The notes under the pieces were generated by a model. That model saw only the letters and a list, made by a program, of their open reading frames with translations. It did not search any database and was not told the DNA's origin. A stretch of DNA of 64,000 bases, from sequence record PQ227241.1; one strand, given 5' to 3'. The position numbers and the translations under genes are program-made. Positions 48,691-58,310 of this stretch are shown here, one piece after another (the stretch's first letter is position 1; every line of letters starts with the position of its first letter).

Positions 48691-48776
48691 GATGTGATAA
48701 CTCCAAATTAAAACTAGATTCTTTTAACTAGATGGGAAATGATTTCTACGTAATATTATCGCAACAAGTATTTCTT

Positions 48777-49607
48777 CTATTTGAATTTCTTGTATGCTTC
48801 TTTTAACTCTTTAGAACCATAAGCAGTAATGTCATGATGAACTTTATCTGGTGTTGTTAATCCTGTCCATTTTCTAGATTGTGCCAATTGTTTTAATTGC
48901 GCACGAATAGCTTTGTCTTGTGGTTCAAGTAATTGTTTATCGCCAAATATCTGTATAGCAAATGATGTAAAAGGAAATGGAGTATCTTCTTTTAAACCAT
49001 TTAGTTTAGTATACCACATGTTGTATGTCTTTATTTTACCCGTATGGGATTCCAATAAAAGAAGTCTATTAAAATGGGGTTTCCATAATAGTTCATGTGG
49101 GAAATGGGTTAATAGTAAAACAGTACCTTCAACCTTTGGAGGTTTATTAGATATTTCCATTGTAGTTAAATCTGTATCTTTTAACTTCTGGTATAGTTCA
49201 ATTGATACAAATCGTTCATAAACATCATAAGCTAATTGTTGCGGTGTTCGTGATACTTTAAATGTAGCTTTAGGGAATAACCACTTCACTGCATCTCGAC
49301 CAGTAATGTAATATTTTACAGTTGCTTTTATCCCCGATTGCCGTAAAGCAACCGGGATTGTTTGTGCTTCTTGAAATAAAACATCGACTGCTGCAACCAA
49401 GTTAATATTAGTTTGTTGTTCAGACTTCATAGCCTGCCACATATTTCTTGCAAGAGTACGGACATTAATCCATATTTCTTTAATAGACTTAACATCAGTT
49501 GGTTGTCTAGGCTTTTGTGGATGTGTTCCTATAAGCCCTTCGAGAGCAAAAGAAGTTCCAATGCTAATTGGAATATTAGCACCTACATCTCTCTCGATAA
49601 TATCCAT
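48777..49607 (-). CDS. Conserved chimallivirus core protein (gp66 orthologue); nuclease-like fold unconfirmed
   Basis: 276 aa between SbcD and ChmC; synteny only. Confidence 0.55.
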   Translation of the reverse strand: MDIIERDVGANIPISIGTSFALEGLIGTHPQKPRQPTDVKSIKEIWINVRTLARNMWQAMKSEQQTNINLVAAVDVLFQEAQTIPVALRQSGIKATVKYYITGRDAVKWLFPKATFKVSRTPQQLAYDVYERFVSIELYQKLKDTDLTTMEISNKPPKVEGTVLLLTHFPHELLWKPHFNRLLLLESHTGKIKTYNMWYTKLNGLKEDTPFPFTSFAIQIFGDKQLLEPQDKAIRAQLKQLAQSRKWTGLTTPDKVHHDITAYGSKELKEAYKKFK

Positions 49608-49619
49608 TATTATTGCCTT

Positions 49620-50786
49620 TTATTTGAACTCTGTCAATAATCCCAATACCCGTTGGATCTGAGCAGCGTCCGCTGTAAATTTTTCAATATCTGGAATAAT
49701 TAAATCAGAAATACTTTCTGGAGTTATATCCAAAAATTCTGATAAATCAAAATTCTTTAGGCTATCTGACACAGTATTTTTCTTTGTAGTAACTTTTTCA
49801 ATTAAGATACTCCATGAAAAATTAGGATATTCATTTTGAAATGTATCGAGATCACCAGTAGCTACATCACCTGGATTACATCTTAACCTAATTGCAGAGT
49901 TAGTTGGTAGTGTCTTGATATGTTCTTTAACAGTGTAATTAAGTTGCTTAGTATCCATTCCATGGACATTCAAAGTATCGTATCTACGCGCACCCTTATT
50001 CTCAAGGAATGTAGCAGTCCATTCGCCATTTTCTTTTACCACAACATCAAATAATCCTTTTGGAATTTCATCGTTGTGACTTAATCGATCAAATCCACCG
50101 GCAGCTAAAATGCGTTCATAGATAGACATCTCATGAACATGTCCACCATTGATCATATATTTAGTTAATGCTAAATATTCGTCTGGATCATGTGTTGGCT
50201 CTTCCACAATGCTAGGTAGCTGGTGTTTAAATGCACCATGTAAAATAGTAAAGTCAACTTGAGATATACCTTTCTTATGCATTAAATCTTTTACTTGATT
50301 TAAAGTCTCTGATGTGGATGGATTCCATTTATCAGGGACATAAAGGAAATATGCATCTAGTTTCTCAATATACTCGATATCGAGAATCTTTGAATAATGC
50401 AAATCAACTTTAATATTAGCATTATTCTTTTGTTCTACGAAAAACTGCATTTGCCCACGATCGTGTGATGGAGTCCCTTCAACAATACGGATCATTACAT
50501 TATACATTTCACATTTGTAGAGAAGTATTGTAATAAATCTATCAATTGCGTATGCAGCTGGATCACCATTGTTTAATTGGCGATCAAATAAATCCCCTGT
50601 AATAATCAACATATCAATATCTTTTAAAATTGTATCAGGGACAGTTTTCCAAAAGTTATTGATGATTAATTCAGTAGGGGTTTGGCGATGCCCCATATGG
50701 ACATCGCCTACTGTTAAATATCGAAATATGCCAGGTTTCTTTGTTTTATCAGTCTTCATATTCGTCACCGTAAACACATTCATCAT
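49620..50786 (-). CDS. sbcD: SbcD/Mre11-like metallophosphoesterase nuclease (gp65 orthologue)
   Basis: Motifs GDVHMGH, ITGDLFD, EGTPSHD, LHG and GGHVH. Confidence 0.9.
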   Translation of the reverse strand: MMNVFTVTNMKTDKTKKPGIFRYLTVGDVHMGHRQTPTELIINNFWKTVPDTILKDIDMLIITGDLFDRQLNNGDPAAYAIDRFITILLYKCEMYNVMIRIVEGTPSHDRGQMQFFVEQKNNANIKVDLHYSKILDIEYIEKLDAYFLYVPDKWNPSTSETLNQVKDLMHKKGISQVDFTILHGAFKHQLPSIVEEPTHDPDEYLALTKYMINGGHVHEMSIYERILAAGGFDRLSHNDEIPKGLFDVVVKENGEWTATFLENKGARRYDTLNVHGMDTKQLNYTVKEHIKTLPTNSAIRLRCNPGDVATGDLDTFQNEYPNFSWSILIEKVTTKKNTVSDSLKNFDLSEFLDITPESISDLIIPDIEKFTADAAQIQRVLGLLTEFK

Positions 50787-51381
50787 TCTCAGGTGTATCT
50801 ACTTGCACACCTCCAGATTTAGATGAAGATGCATTCGGTAACTCATATAACGGAGTACCATCAGTATTTTTTAATACCCGACCATATGCTGCTAAGATTT
50901 GGATTAACACTTGTAGAAGTTGTTTTTCTAATGGTTCATTATAAATACACCGCTCTAGGAATTGAGCCGCTTCTTTAGCAAACCCACCACGTGGATTACG
51001 GTTATGTTCTTTATTATAATAATCCATTACGTTAGAAATGCTAGCAACATTCTCACCAGATGAGATTGCAACACTTGGACGAGGATAGAGTGCTGGAACT
51101 GTAAAAAGCACAACTGCTTCTTTGGTATTTACACTTGCTACGCGTAACGGATTTGATAGCTCACGAACATATTTACGATATTCATCTAATGCACCAGGTG
51201 CCCATGGACATTCAAGTAACGGTAATATATTCTTTACAAAAACGTCCTCATGAACAATAGGTGTCTCTTTCTGATGAATGTTAACCATGGCTTGCATTGC
51301 ATCCATGATCATGTTATCGCTATCTGTAACTCTAGTGTTCGGTTCCGGAGTTGCCATCTTCTTTACCCATAACTTGTTCAA
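50749..51381 (-). CDS. Conserved hypothetical protein (gp64 orthologue)
   Basis: 210 aa; likely start at MATPEP; synteny. Confidence 0.65.
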   Translation of the reverse strand: MNKLWVKKMATPEPNTRVTDSDNMIMDAMQAMVNIHQKETPIVHEDVFVKNILPLLECPWAPGALDEYRKYVRELSNPLRVASVNTKEAVVLFTVPALYPRPSVAISSGENVASISNVMDYYNKEHNRNPRGGFAKEAAQFLERCIYNEPLEKQLLQVLIQILAAYGRVLKNTDGTPLYELPNASSSKSGGVQVDTPENDECVYGDEYED

Positions 51382-51889
51382 TCTGTTGTTTAGTCAGAGT
51401 AGTGATGATATTAAAACGAGCTTCTTCTTTATTTTCCATTAGTTGAGGATTACTATTTAGGTAATCAATCAACGCATCGCAGTTTTCAGTAGTGAACTTA
51501 TTAGGCGTTCCAACAGTAGCAAACATATAACCTTTATCACCGCCCTTACGAACAATGACTGATTCCATATGTTCTTTCTGATTAACCCCATCTACTTCAG
51601 CTAGTGAGAATACTGGTTTAGTATCACCATGGATAGCTCGCAATGCGTCATCAACTTCATGCCGAATACTTTCACCCATATTGCAAAGAATATCTGCAAG
51701 AACTCGACTAACGCGAATATTAAATGTTGCAGTTTCTTCAGCTTTAGCTTTTACCAATTGTTGGAAAGCCTCATCTACAACATTAGCATGTTTTGTTAGA
51801 TTCCTAACTGTTACTTCTAGCATATGAATTCGTTTTAATAGCATGGAGTTCATAGCTTCGCTTTCATTTTTCTCAACTTCACTAGTCAT
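51332..51889 (-). CDS. Hypothetical protein with N-terminal coiled coil (gp63 orthologue)
   Basis: 185 aa; synteny. Confidence 0.6.
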   Translation of the reverse strand: MTSEVEKNESEAMNSMLLKRIHMLEVTVRNLTKHANVVDEAFQQLVKAKAEETATFNIRVSRVLADILCNMGESIRHEVDDALRAIHGDTKPVFSLAEVDGVNQKEHMESVIVRKGGDKGYMFATVGTPNKFTTENCDALIDYLNSNPQLMENKEEARFNIITTLTKQQIEQVMGKEDGNSGTEH

Positions 51890-52327
<438 letters not shown>

Positions 52328-52339
52328 TTAAGTTAAGAT

Positions 52340-52357
52340 GGGAGCCAAATGGCTCCC
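52340..52357. terminator. Terminator hairpin
   Basis: GGGAGCCA-AA-TGGCTCCC followed by TTTT. Confidence 0.7.
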
Positions 52358-52393
52358 TTTATATTGCTTGATACATACAGTTAAATACTTACA

Positions 52394-52918
52394 TTAACTA
52401 GCATATAAATATTTACTTGCAATTAATTCAATGTGATATACGATAACAGCACCTTCTTTTTTCTTGAGTGTGCTTGTTAAAACGATATCGTGTTCAGTAA
52501 CACATGCATGTACACTAATGGGTTTGGTAGTAATTTCACTACTTGTCCCTGAAAAATGAGTTGTAGCTACATATAACTGGGTATCATCAACTAACCCATT
52601 TGGATCCCTACCAACATGTACAAATGGTGGCCTGCTAGAAACATTAGGATGGTCGTCTTTAATAACAAGATGACCATCTTCAGATGGGTAAGCATAGTCA
52701 TATCCAGTTACATAGATACGTAGAGCGCCATTCTTAAATGCTTCTTTAAGATAAGAATATTCTTCAAAATTAAAACGAATTGAATCAACCACAGCAGTAG
52801 TTAATTTAAGAATAGGGTGTAGTGGCCTTGATGAGTTATTATTCTTAATTAATAGCATCGGTATTTTCCTTAACGTAAAAAGCAATATGTGGATGGTTCC
52901 ACAATGGACTCTCATCAC
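52394..52918 (-). CDS. Hypothetical protein (gp61 orthologue); start probably 52858
   Basis: ORF; AAGGA SD before MLLIKNN, overlapping the gp60 end. Confidence 0.55.
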   Translation of the reverse strand: MMRVHCGTIHILLFTLRKIPMLLIKNNNSSRPLHPILKLTTAVVDSIRFNFEEYSYLKEAFKNGALRIYVTGYDYAYPSEDGHLVIKDDHPNVSSRPPFVHVGRDPNGLVDDTQLYVATTHFSGTSSEITTKPISVHACVTEHDIVLTSTLKKKEGAVIVYHIELIASKYLYAS

Positions 52919-53180
52919 AAAAACTATAACTATGTATTTCCTCGCCAGTATCTAATTTAATAGAGACCACTTCACCTTCAATGACTGTGAAAATAAATTT
53001 AGTATCAGGTGAAACATAATCACCAGTTACATAGTCATTATCGGGAAGATACAATAGTCGTGTTTGATTATCGTATTTAAGTTCTATTCCATCTGTACTA
53101 TTAAAGTACATATATCCCGTACCATCTGGACTTTTTTGAAACATCTTTAGTTTATTTGGTACGAGTAGATCAATTGACAT
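52845..53180 (-). CDS. Hypothetical protein (gp60 orthologue)
   Basis: 111 aa, AGGAG SD. Confidence 0.65.
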   Translation of the reverse strand: MSIDLLVPNKLKMFQKSPDGTGYMYFNSTDGIELKYDNQTRLLYLPDNDYVTGDYVSPDTKFIFTVIEGEVVSIKLDTGEEIHSYSFCDESPLWNHPHIAFYVKENTDAIN

Positions 53181-53202
53181 AGATCTCTCCTAAACGATAG
53201 AA

Positions 53203-53225
53203 GAGAGCCCCATGTAGGGACTCTC
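53203..53225. terminator. Terminator-like hairpin after gp59
   Basis: GAGAGCCCC-ATGT-AGGGACTCTC, imperfect stem. Confidence 0.5.
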
Positions 53226-53231
53226 ATTTAT

Positions 53232-53843
53232 TTAACCTAGAAGATTACCTACGACTGAAGTTGGATCTTCTTCACCTGCGTCCAGATGTTCATCAATAGC
53301 ATTCCACATACGGATGATGTCAACTTTCTCGTGCAGACTAAGTTTACGATCGCTCTTGATATCTTCGTGATAGTTTTTATAACCGAATTCTTTCTTATCG
53401 GTATACATAACTCCATCCATCACGCGGCGATAATCAAACTGTCGTTCACCTACAGCATCACCTTGGATGTTATTATAAGAACCACCATATCCATCAACTT
53501 CATTATTAAGATACATAGTTCTTAGACGCTCATGCGCCATAACCCAACGTTGCATAATTGGACCAGCTGTTTGTAGTTCAGCTAATGTCTCAAGATACAC
53601 AATGTTGTTCGACTGCCATAAGTTATCTTTCTTTGTGGTCAGATTCCGCAGTGCTTGAACAGCAGCTGATTCACTAATCATACTGTACATATTTTGAGCA
53701 GTATTAAAAAAGCTAGCAGCAGCAGTTGACATAGTTGAACGAAGTGCCTGACTACGCTCACCCAACCATTGAGTTGTTTGCTGTGTAAGATGGCCACCTG
53801 CACAGATGTCCAAGAGGTCTACACCATGTGCATCTACAATCAT
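53232..53843 (-). CDS. Conserved chimallivirus protein (gp59 orthologue; recalled as import-associated Imp3)
   Basis: 203 aa, GAGGTG SD, C-terminal EEDPTS motif; numbering from gene count. The Imp3 link is from memory. Confidence 0.55.
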   Translation of the reverse strand: MIVDAHGVDLLDICAGGHLTQQTTQWLGERSQALRSTMSTAAASFFNTAQNMYSMISESAAVQALRNLTTKKDNLWQSNNIVYLETLAELQTAGPIMQRWVMAHERLRTMYLNNEVDGYGGSYNNIQGDAVGERQFDYRRVMDGVMYTDKKEFGYKNYHEDIKSDRKLSLHEKVDIIRMWNAIDEHLDAGEEDPTSVVGNLLG

Positions 53844-53851
53844 TATACACC

Positions 53852-54277
53852 TCAGTTATTGGCCGTATATGACCAGCATAGATTAAACGGATGTTGCATA
53901 GGTAAGTTAAATGTATCTAGTTCCTGACCGATCCAATTGACAGCTTTTGTAACACCTTCAACAGTTACAGTTAATTCAACATGGATATCATGTTCAGGTG
54001 CAGTCACCACAATAGTGATTGGATCATCATGTTTAATACGGAATCCAAACTTAGGATGATGGAATCCAGTATATTCACCTTTAGTATTTTCTAGAATACA
54101 TTCAAATAGATTAGTTTCTTTATTAAGTTTAAATGTAACTAGTTTATCTGAATCTTTAAGTAAACCATTATCCCCAAATACATTGAATCGATAATGCTTA
54201 TGGCAGATACCAAGTGTTTTTGGTACATCATGGGAATTATCGATTTGCTTAGTACATTCGTTGCATTTACTATTCAT
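53852..54277 (-). CDS. Hypothetical protein with N-terminal CxxC...CxxH (gp58 orthologue)
   Basis: 141 aa; KCNEC...GICHKH. Confidence 0.6.
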   Translation of the reverse strand: MNSKCNECTKQIDNSHDVPKTLGICHKHYRFNVFGDNGLLKDSDKLVTFKLNKETNLFECILENTKGEYTGFHHPKFGFRIKHDDPITIVVTAPEHDIHVELTVTVEGVTKAVNWIGQELDTFNLPMQHPFNLCWSYTANN

Positions 54278-54289
54278 CTTTATTTACCT

Positions 54290-54673
54290 TTAATAGATTT
54301 GTTTATCAAAAGAACAATTGATTGGAATAGTGATAACTTCATTAGTAATTACATGTTTACCTGTCTTTTTAAAGAATTGTGCAAATTTTGAAGTAGCTGG
54401 AATTACAAGGGTATCATCCCGATCATTATTTGACATATTGTAAAAAGTAAACTTACCGTCTAGGTTAAACCTAATGCACCACTTAATATTTCGTATTTTG
54501 AAATCTATACCAAATCTTAAATGACCATCAATCAATTCAGAACCACCGTATTCATAAGCTCCGGTGAAATTCCAATTAATTTCTGATAATTGGAAAGTTA
54601 CAGGATGTTCGCCATATTCATCTTGTATGTAGTAACCATCATGAGCTTTCCAATAGATAACTAAATCATGCAT
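54290..54673 (-). CDS. Hypothetical protein (gp57 orthologue)
   Basis: 127 aa, GAGG SD. Confidence 0.6.
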   Translation of the reverse strand: MHDLVIYWKAHDGYYIQDEYGEHPVTFQLSEINWNFTGAYEYGGSELIDGHLRFGIDFKIRNIKWCIRFNLDGKFTFYNMSNNDRDDTLVIPATSKFAQFFKKTGKHVITNEVITIPINCSFDKQIY

Positions 54674-54691
54674 ACTACTAGCCTCAAAGAA

Positions 54692-54720
54692 TTAATAGGG
54701 GATTCAAACTCCCCTATTAA
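54692..54720. terminator. Terminator hairpin
   Basis: TTAATAGGGGA-TTCAAAC-TCCCCTATTAA, 11-bp stem. Confidence 0.75.
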
Positions 54721-54732
54721 TTTATTTTGCTT

Positions 54733-54921
54733 TTAATCATTAAGCTTAGAGATCATTTCGACATATGCATCGACAAACCTTCTGTTTACCACTACATCAC
54801 CATTCCCGCAAGTAATATATCTCTTAGTGAATACGGCTACCGATCTGGCTTCACGTTCATCTCATTCGACTTGTGATAAACATTCCGGGTTACGTCGAAT
54901 AATTTCACGAATATTAGACAT
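54733..54921 (-). pseudogene. 62-codon early ORF with in-frame TGA at codon 20
   Basis: AAGGGGA SD; MSNIREIIRRNPECLSQVE*DEREARSVAVFTKRYITCGNGDVVVNRRFVDAYVEMISKLND*; lies between an early promoter and a terminator. Confidence 0.6.
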
Positions 54922-54951
54922 TGGGTATTCCCCTTATCACTATTGCATCTT

Positions 54952-54969
54952 AGTGATATAAATCTGAAA
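54952..54969 (-). promoter_or_regulatory. phiKZ-type early promoter
   Basis: TTTCAGATTTATATCACT on the minus strand. Confidence 0.7.
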
Positions 54970-55027
54970 TTAAATCCAGTGGAACTTTACATCCATGGTT
55001 AGTCGCCGCCATAACAGGAAATAAAGC

Positions 55028-55051
55028 CCCCTACTACATAAATAGTAGGGG
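55028..55051. terminator. Terminator after gp56.1
   Basis: CCCCTACTA-CATAAA-TAGTAGGGG. Confidence 0.75.
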
Positions 55052-55062
55052 TAAGTTTATTA

Positions 55063-55281
55063 TTACGACTTCAACCATTCTTCTAATGGCGGTAAATACT
55101 TCTCATGCGCCCAGTTAATAATTGTTTCTACAACAGGACCCTGTAATTCAAGGTTACCTGAGATTTCATGTGGTTCATCAATAGATAGAACCCATGTATG
55201 TGGAGCAATGCGTTCAGTTGCTTTGGTTAAATACACATCAGGCATTAACGTTAAATTCAATTGATCGCCGTCAAAATCCGC
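55063..55281 (-). CDS. Non-virion RNA polymerase beta' N-terminal subunit, exon 2 (gp56.1)
   Basis: Frame begins ADFDGDQLNLTLMPDV right after the intron terminal G; 72 aa. Confidence 0.92.
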   Translation of the reverse strand, partial: ADFDGDQLNLTLMPDVYLTKATERIAPHTWVLSIDEPHEISGNLELQGPVVETIINWAHEKYLPPLEEWLKS

Positions 55282-56671
55282 CGTTATGTTCAGTATGGGT
55301 CGTTAATCCATACCCGGTAGTATAATTACCACATGATAATTACCACCTGCTGCATGTCGCCATGCAGACCAGACTATATCTTCACCCTTCCTTTCGGAGT
55401 AGGGTGTCTCCCATTTCGAGTCACTTGACTCTACATCCTATTTCTAGGACCGGCGCACCTGATACCGTAATAGTCGTTGAACCTTCTCCTATTCCTAAAT
55501 GGAATGTTACGGAGCTTGGCTGCTGATTGTCCCTACCTAATCTTTTTCAAACCTTGGCTTTGTCTTTCGACTCGCAGTGGTAGATTAGTTTAACAGGATA
55601 TCCCAGCAATTAGAGAGAACTCATCCCAATGATTACTCATTGGGGGAACTAGACTTGATTAACTTAATAAGGTATTTATCAAGCACCCCATTCTTTTCAA
55701 AGATTGCTCTTCGAATAGTATTCGGATGCTTAATACCGACATCTCTTGCAAAGTGTGGAATACTTGGATACACTTTGGTAGTGTTCAAGATGGTGTCAGT
55801 TACTTCAATTGGAGTGCCTTTTCCATTACTAGGTTTTCCAAATGAGGCTTCAATTTCTTTCTGAGTATATTTAGGGAAATCTTCAGGATTAGCAGTATAT
55901 GAGAATACCAGACCATCCATGATTTCCTTACTACCTCTAACTAGATGGTAATAGGCTTTATTACGTTTAGTACCTAGTGCAAGTTCCATTTCTGCTAAGT
56001 TATGAAACACATGTAATGTCTTAGTCTTATAGTCTAAAACATAAACTGTCTTGGTACTTTCACGATCAGCAATCTTAGTCTCACCGGTAATAAATTCAAA
56101 TGTGAATCTATTTCTATACGGCTTAGTCTTATGGTCACGTATAATAACCCAAACCGTATTTTTATTAACTCCTAATACCCGAGCAAGTTCATTCATCGAG
56201 TAATAAGTAGTCTTTTCACCAGTGGTAACATCAGTTGCAATTACCCGTCTATTTTCTTTTCTTAATCCATTTTTGTAAGCATGCTCAATGTTTTCACCAC
56301 GAGTCATCCATTCCAAATTGGATGGTAAGTTATTATGTTTGTTGCCGTCTTTATGATTGACTTCATATGTTGGTCCAGGAGATGGACCATGGAATGCAGT
56401 ACAAACTAGAATATGCGCTCCCTTACTTTTTGATGTCTTTTCATCATTTTTTGCACCTATATTGAGATATGTCCCAATTGATGTTTTAGTAAGGAAGAAA
56501 TTACATATTCTATTTAACCGCTTATGACGAATCGTTCCTAAGTTACTAGCCTCATAAGCTGAGTATCCAGGAATATCTCGCCATTCAATTTTAAATGAAG
56601 CCGGATCAAAGACGGACACTACTCCGTTTTTGTTCCATTGTCTTTTACCTTATTTGGTTATTCAATTGTCC
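55282..56671 (-). ncRNA. Group I intron (1390 nt) carrying an HNH homing endonuclease gene
   Basis: Exon ends in U (AAT) and the intron ends ...TGAACATAACG. Core P/Q/R/S-like elements lie at 55282-55632. Splicing restores KAPN|ADFDGD. Confidence 0.92.
55633..56619 (-). CDS. Intron-encoded NUMOD4-HNH homing endonuclease with C-terminal NUMOD1-like repeats (gp56 orthologue)
   Basis: EWRDIPGYSAYEASNLG (NUMOD4); HILVCTAFHG...VNHKDGNKHNNLPSNLEW.T..EN..HA (HNH); GTG start. Confidence 0.9.
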   Translation of the reverse strand: MSVFDPASFKIEWRDIPGYSAYEASNLGTIRHKRLNRICNFFLTKTSIGTYLNIGAKNDEKTSKSKGAHILVCTAFHGPSPGPTYEVNHKDGNKHNNLPSNLEWMTRGENIEHAYKNGLRKENRRVIATDVTTGEKTTYYSMNELARVLGVNKNTVWVIIRDHKTKPYRNRFTFEFITGETKIADRESTKTVYVLDYKTKTLHVFHNLAEMELALGTKRNKAYYHLVRGSKEIMDGLVFSYTANPEDFPKYTQKEIEASFGKPSNGKGTPIEVTDTILNTTKVYPSIPHFARDVGIKHPNTIRRAIFEKNGVLDKYLIKLIKSSSPNE

Positions 56672-57916
56672 ATTAGGCGCTTTAAGGCATAAAACTGACA
56701 TGCTGATAGAATTATCATTAATGTCATCTTTTACTTTAGTAATAAAGAACTGCTGCGTAGATCCACGTTGAAGCGTTGGATTTCGGTGAAAAGTACAACC
56801 CATCCCTTTATAAGGGGCTGCTTCTGCAATTAGCTCTTTAAATAGATCTGCAATGATTTGGTTATATTGAAGTACATTCTCATATACAAATGAGAATGCT
56901 TCACGAGTTGTCATGTTAAACTTTGCTTTTAGTTTATTGGTTAGATGATACTTTAATAATTGACAACCTACCCCCCAAGGGATATGTAGTTCATCATAAT
57001 CATGCGGGTCACTAATAGAAGTGATTACTGCACGTGCCGTAGCGTTGAGACGAGCACCAAACATGTGACGCCGAGCAAGACCAGGCTTTTGAGCAATTCG
57101 TGATTTTGCGTAGATCTCGTAGAACTGGCCATATAGTCTTAGTCCTCGCATAGTCCTATTCTGAGCTTTAATTGGACTAAGTGGTACAGATGATGCATCA
57201 ATACTAGCGAAGGTTAAGGTAGCATCAATTGCTGCTTCAATTGGTTTATCTAAGTAAGTACCAGATGTGGTTGATTCTGCTACGAAACAGAGTTTAGAAG
57301 GAACTGGTAAATATTTAGGGAATAACTTATCTTTATTCTGAGCAACGAATTGAGCGAATTCGGATTTATTATTAGAGATAATATTTGCATCTAGTAGGAA
57401 TTGGAAGATCTCATTGAAATTATCAATGAAGTGATTTAATCCTCTTTCAAATCCTCGATGCAGTAGCCTATCTACTTTCCTGCGTGTTTCCTTAGAACCA
57501 ATAGATTCTACATCGTATCGATAAGAAGTATCAGTTAGATATGCTAAGAAATCGAATTCTTTAGTTACTAGATATCCGGTTAGCATAATGATTAAACGTG
57601 GGTTAATTAGGCTACGTACATGTTTTGGTGTACGAACCCACATTGATGGTTCGATAGGGCGGCTAGAAGTATTGACAACTGGAGTATTACAAATATCACA
57701 GATTACTCCGAGTTTATGTGCGTCTTCGATTGCTCGACAATCACAGCTTACACTACTTTCAATTGCTTCTGAATCTTGGAAATGAGAATAGAAATGTCTA
57801 TCAAATTCTTCTTTCTCATCTGAGTTACTCGTATTGTAATCATTGGCATAAATTCGTTTACCCGTAAATTGATCATGTACTTCATCATGATCAACAACTT
57901 TGGCATAAAGACCCAT
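56672..57916 (-). CDS. Non-virion RNA polymerase beta' N-terminal subunit, exon 1 (gp55)
   Basis: Zn ribbon CDC...CDIC, RHMFGARLNATARAVI, FHRNPTLQRGS; 415 aa, spliced total 487 aa; AGGAG SD. Confidence 0.92.
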
Positions 57917-57951
57917 ACCAAACTCCTATTTATCGATTAACAAAAAAAGGA

Positions 57952-57984
57952 GATATAAGCGGCCCCCGAAGGAGCCGCTATATC
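57952..57984 (-). terminator. Terminator of the chimallin transcript
   Basis: GATATA-GCGGC-TCCTTCGGGG-GCCGC-T-TATATC followed by CCTTTTTTTG on the minus strand. Confidence 0.8.
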
Positions 57985-57989
57985 AGTTT

Positions 57990-58310
57990 TTACAATGGAC
58001 CACCAACGGAGCCTGGCCCGATCCTAGCGTCGTCTACAAAGCTTAACCTCCGCTCTTCTCTGTAGCGCTCTGACACTAGAACCTTTTACCATCCATTGTA
58101 GTTTTTTGATCACACGTCACCTTTTGAGTAACTCCTTTCGGTTAAGTGATCTATCATCCTCGTGTAGTGATAGGTCGACCTAGACTAAGTCCACTAGTCG
58201 ATTACTTCACGGAACCTACTCCTAACCGTTATCACTGAAGTGAACCGGGTCGCAGTATTAGAATCGGGATGTTACTTATTTAACATCCCTATCTACCGAG
58301 GTATTTCCTA
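57990..58310 (-). ncRNA. Candidate structured RNA in the chimallin 3' UTR
   Basis: No ORF longer than ~15 codons found by hand; several 8-9 bp stems, some nested; more GC-rich than other intergenic spacers. Confidence 0.5.

Noticed and set aside
58000-58310. Possible tRNA, tmRNA or third group I intron in the chimallin 3' UTR
   Set aside because: No cloverleaf with TTC loop/CCA end, and none of the P/Q/R/S elements seen in the two real introns; kept only as an unclassified structured RNA
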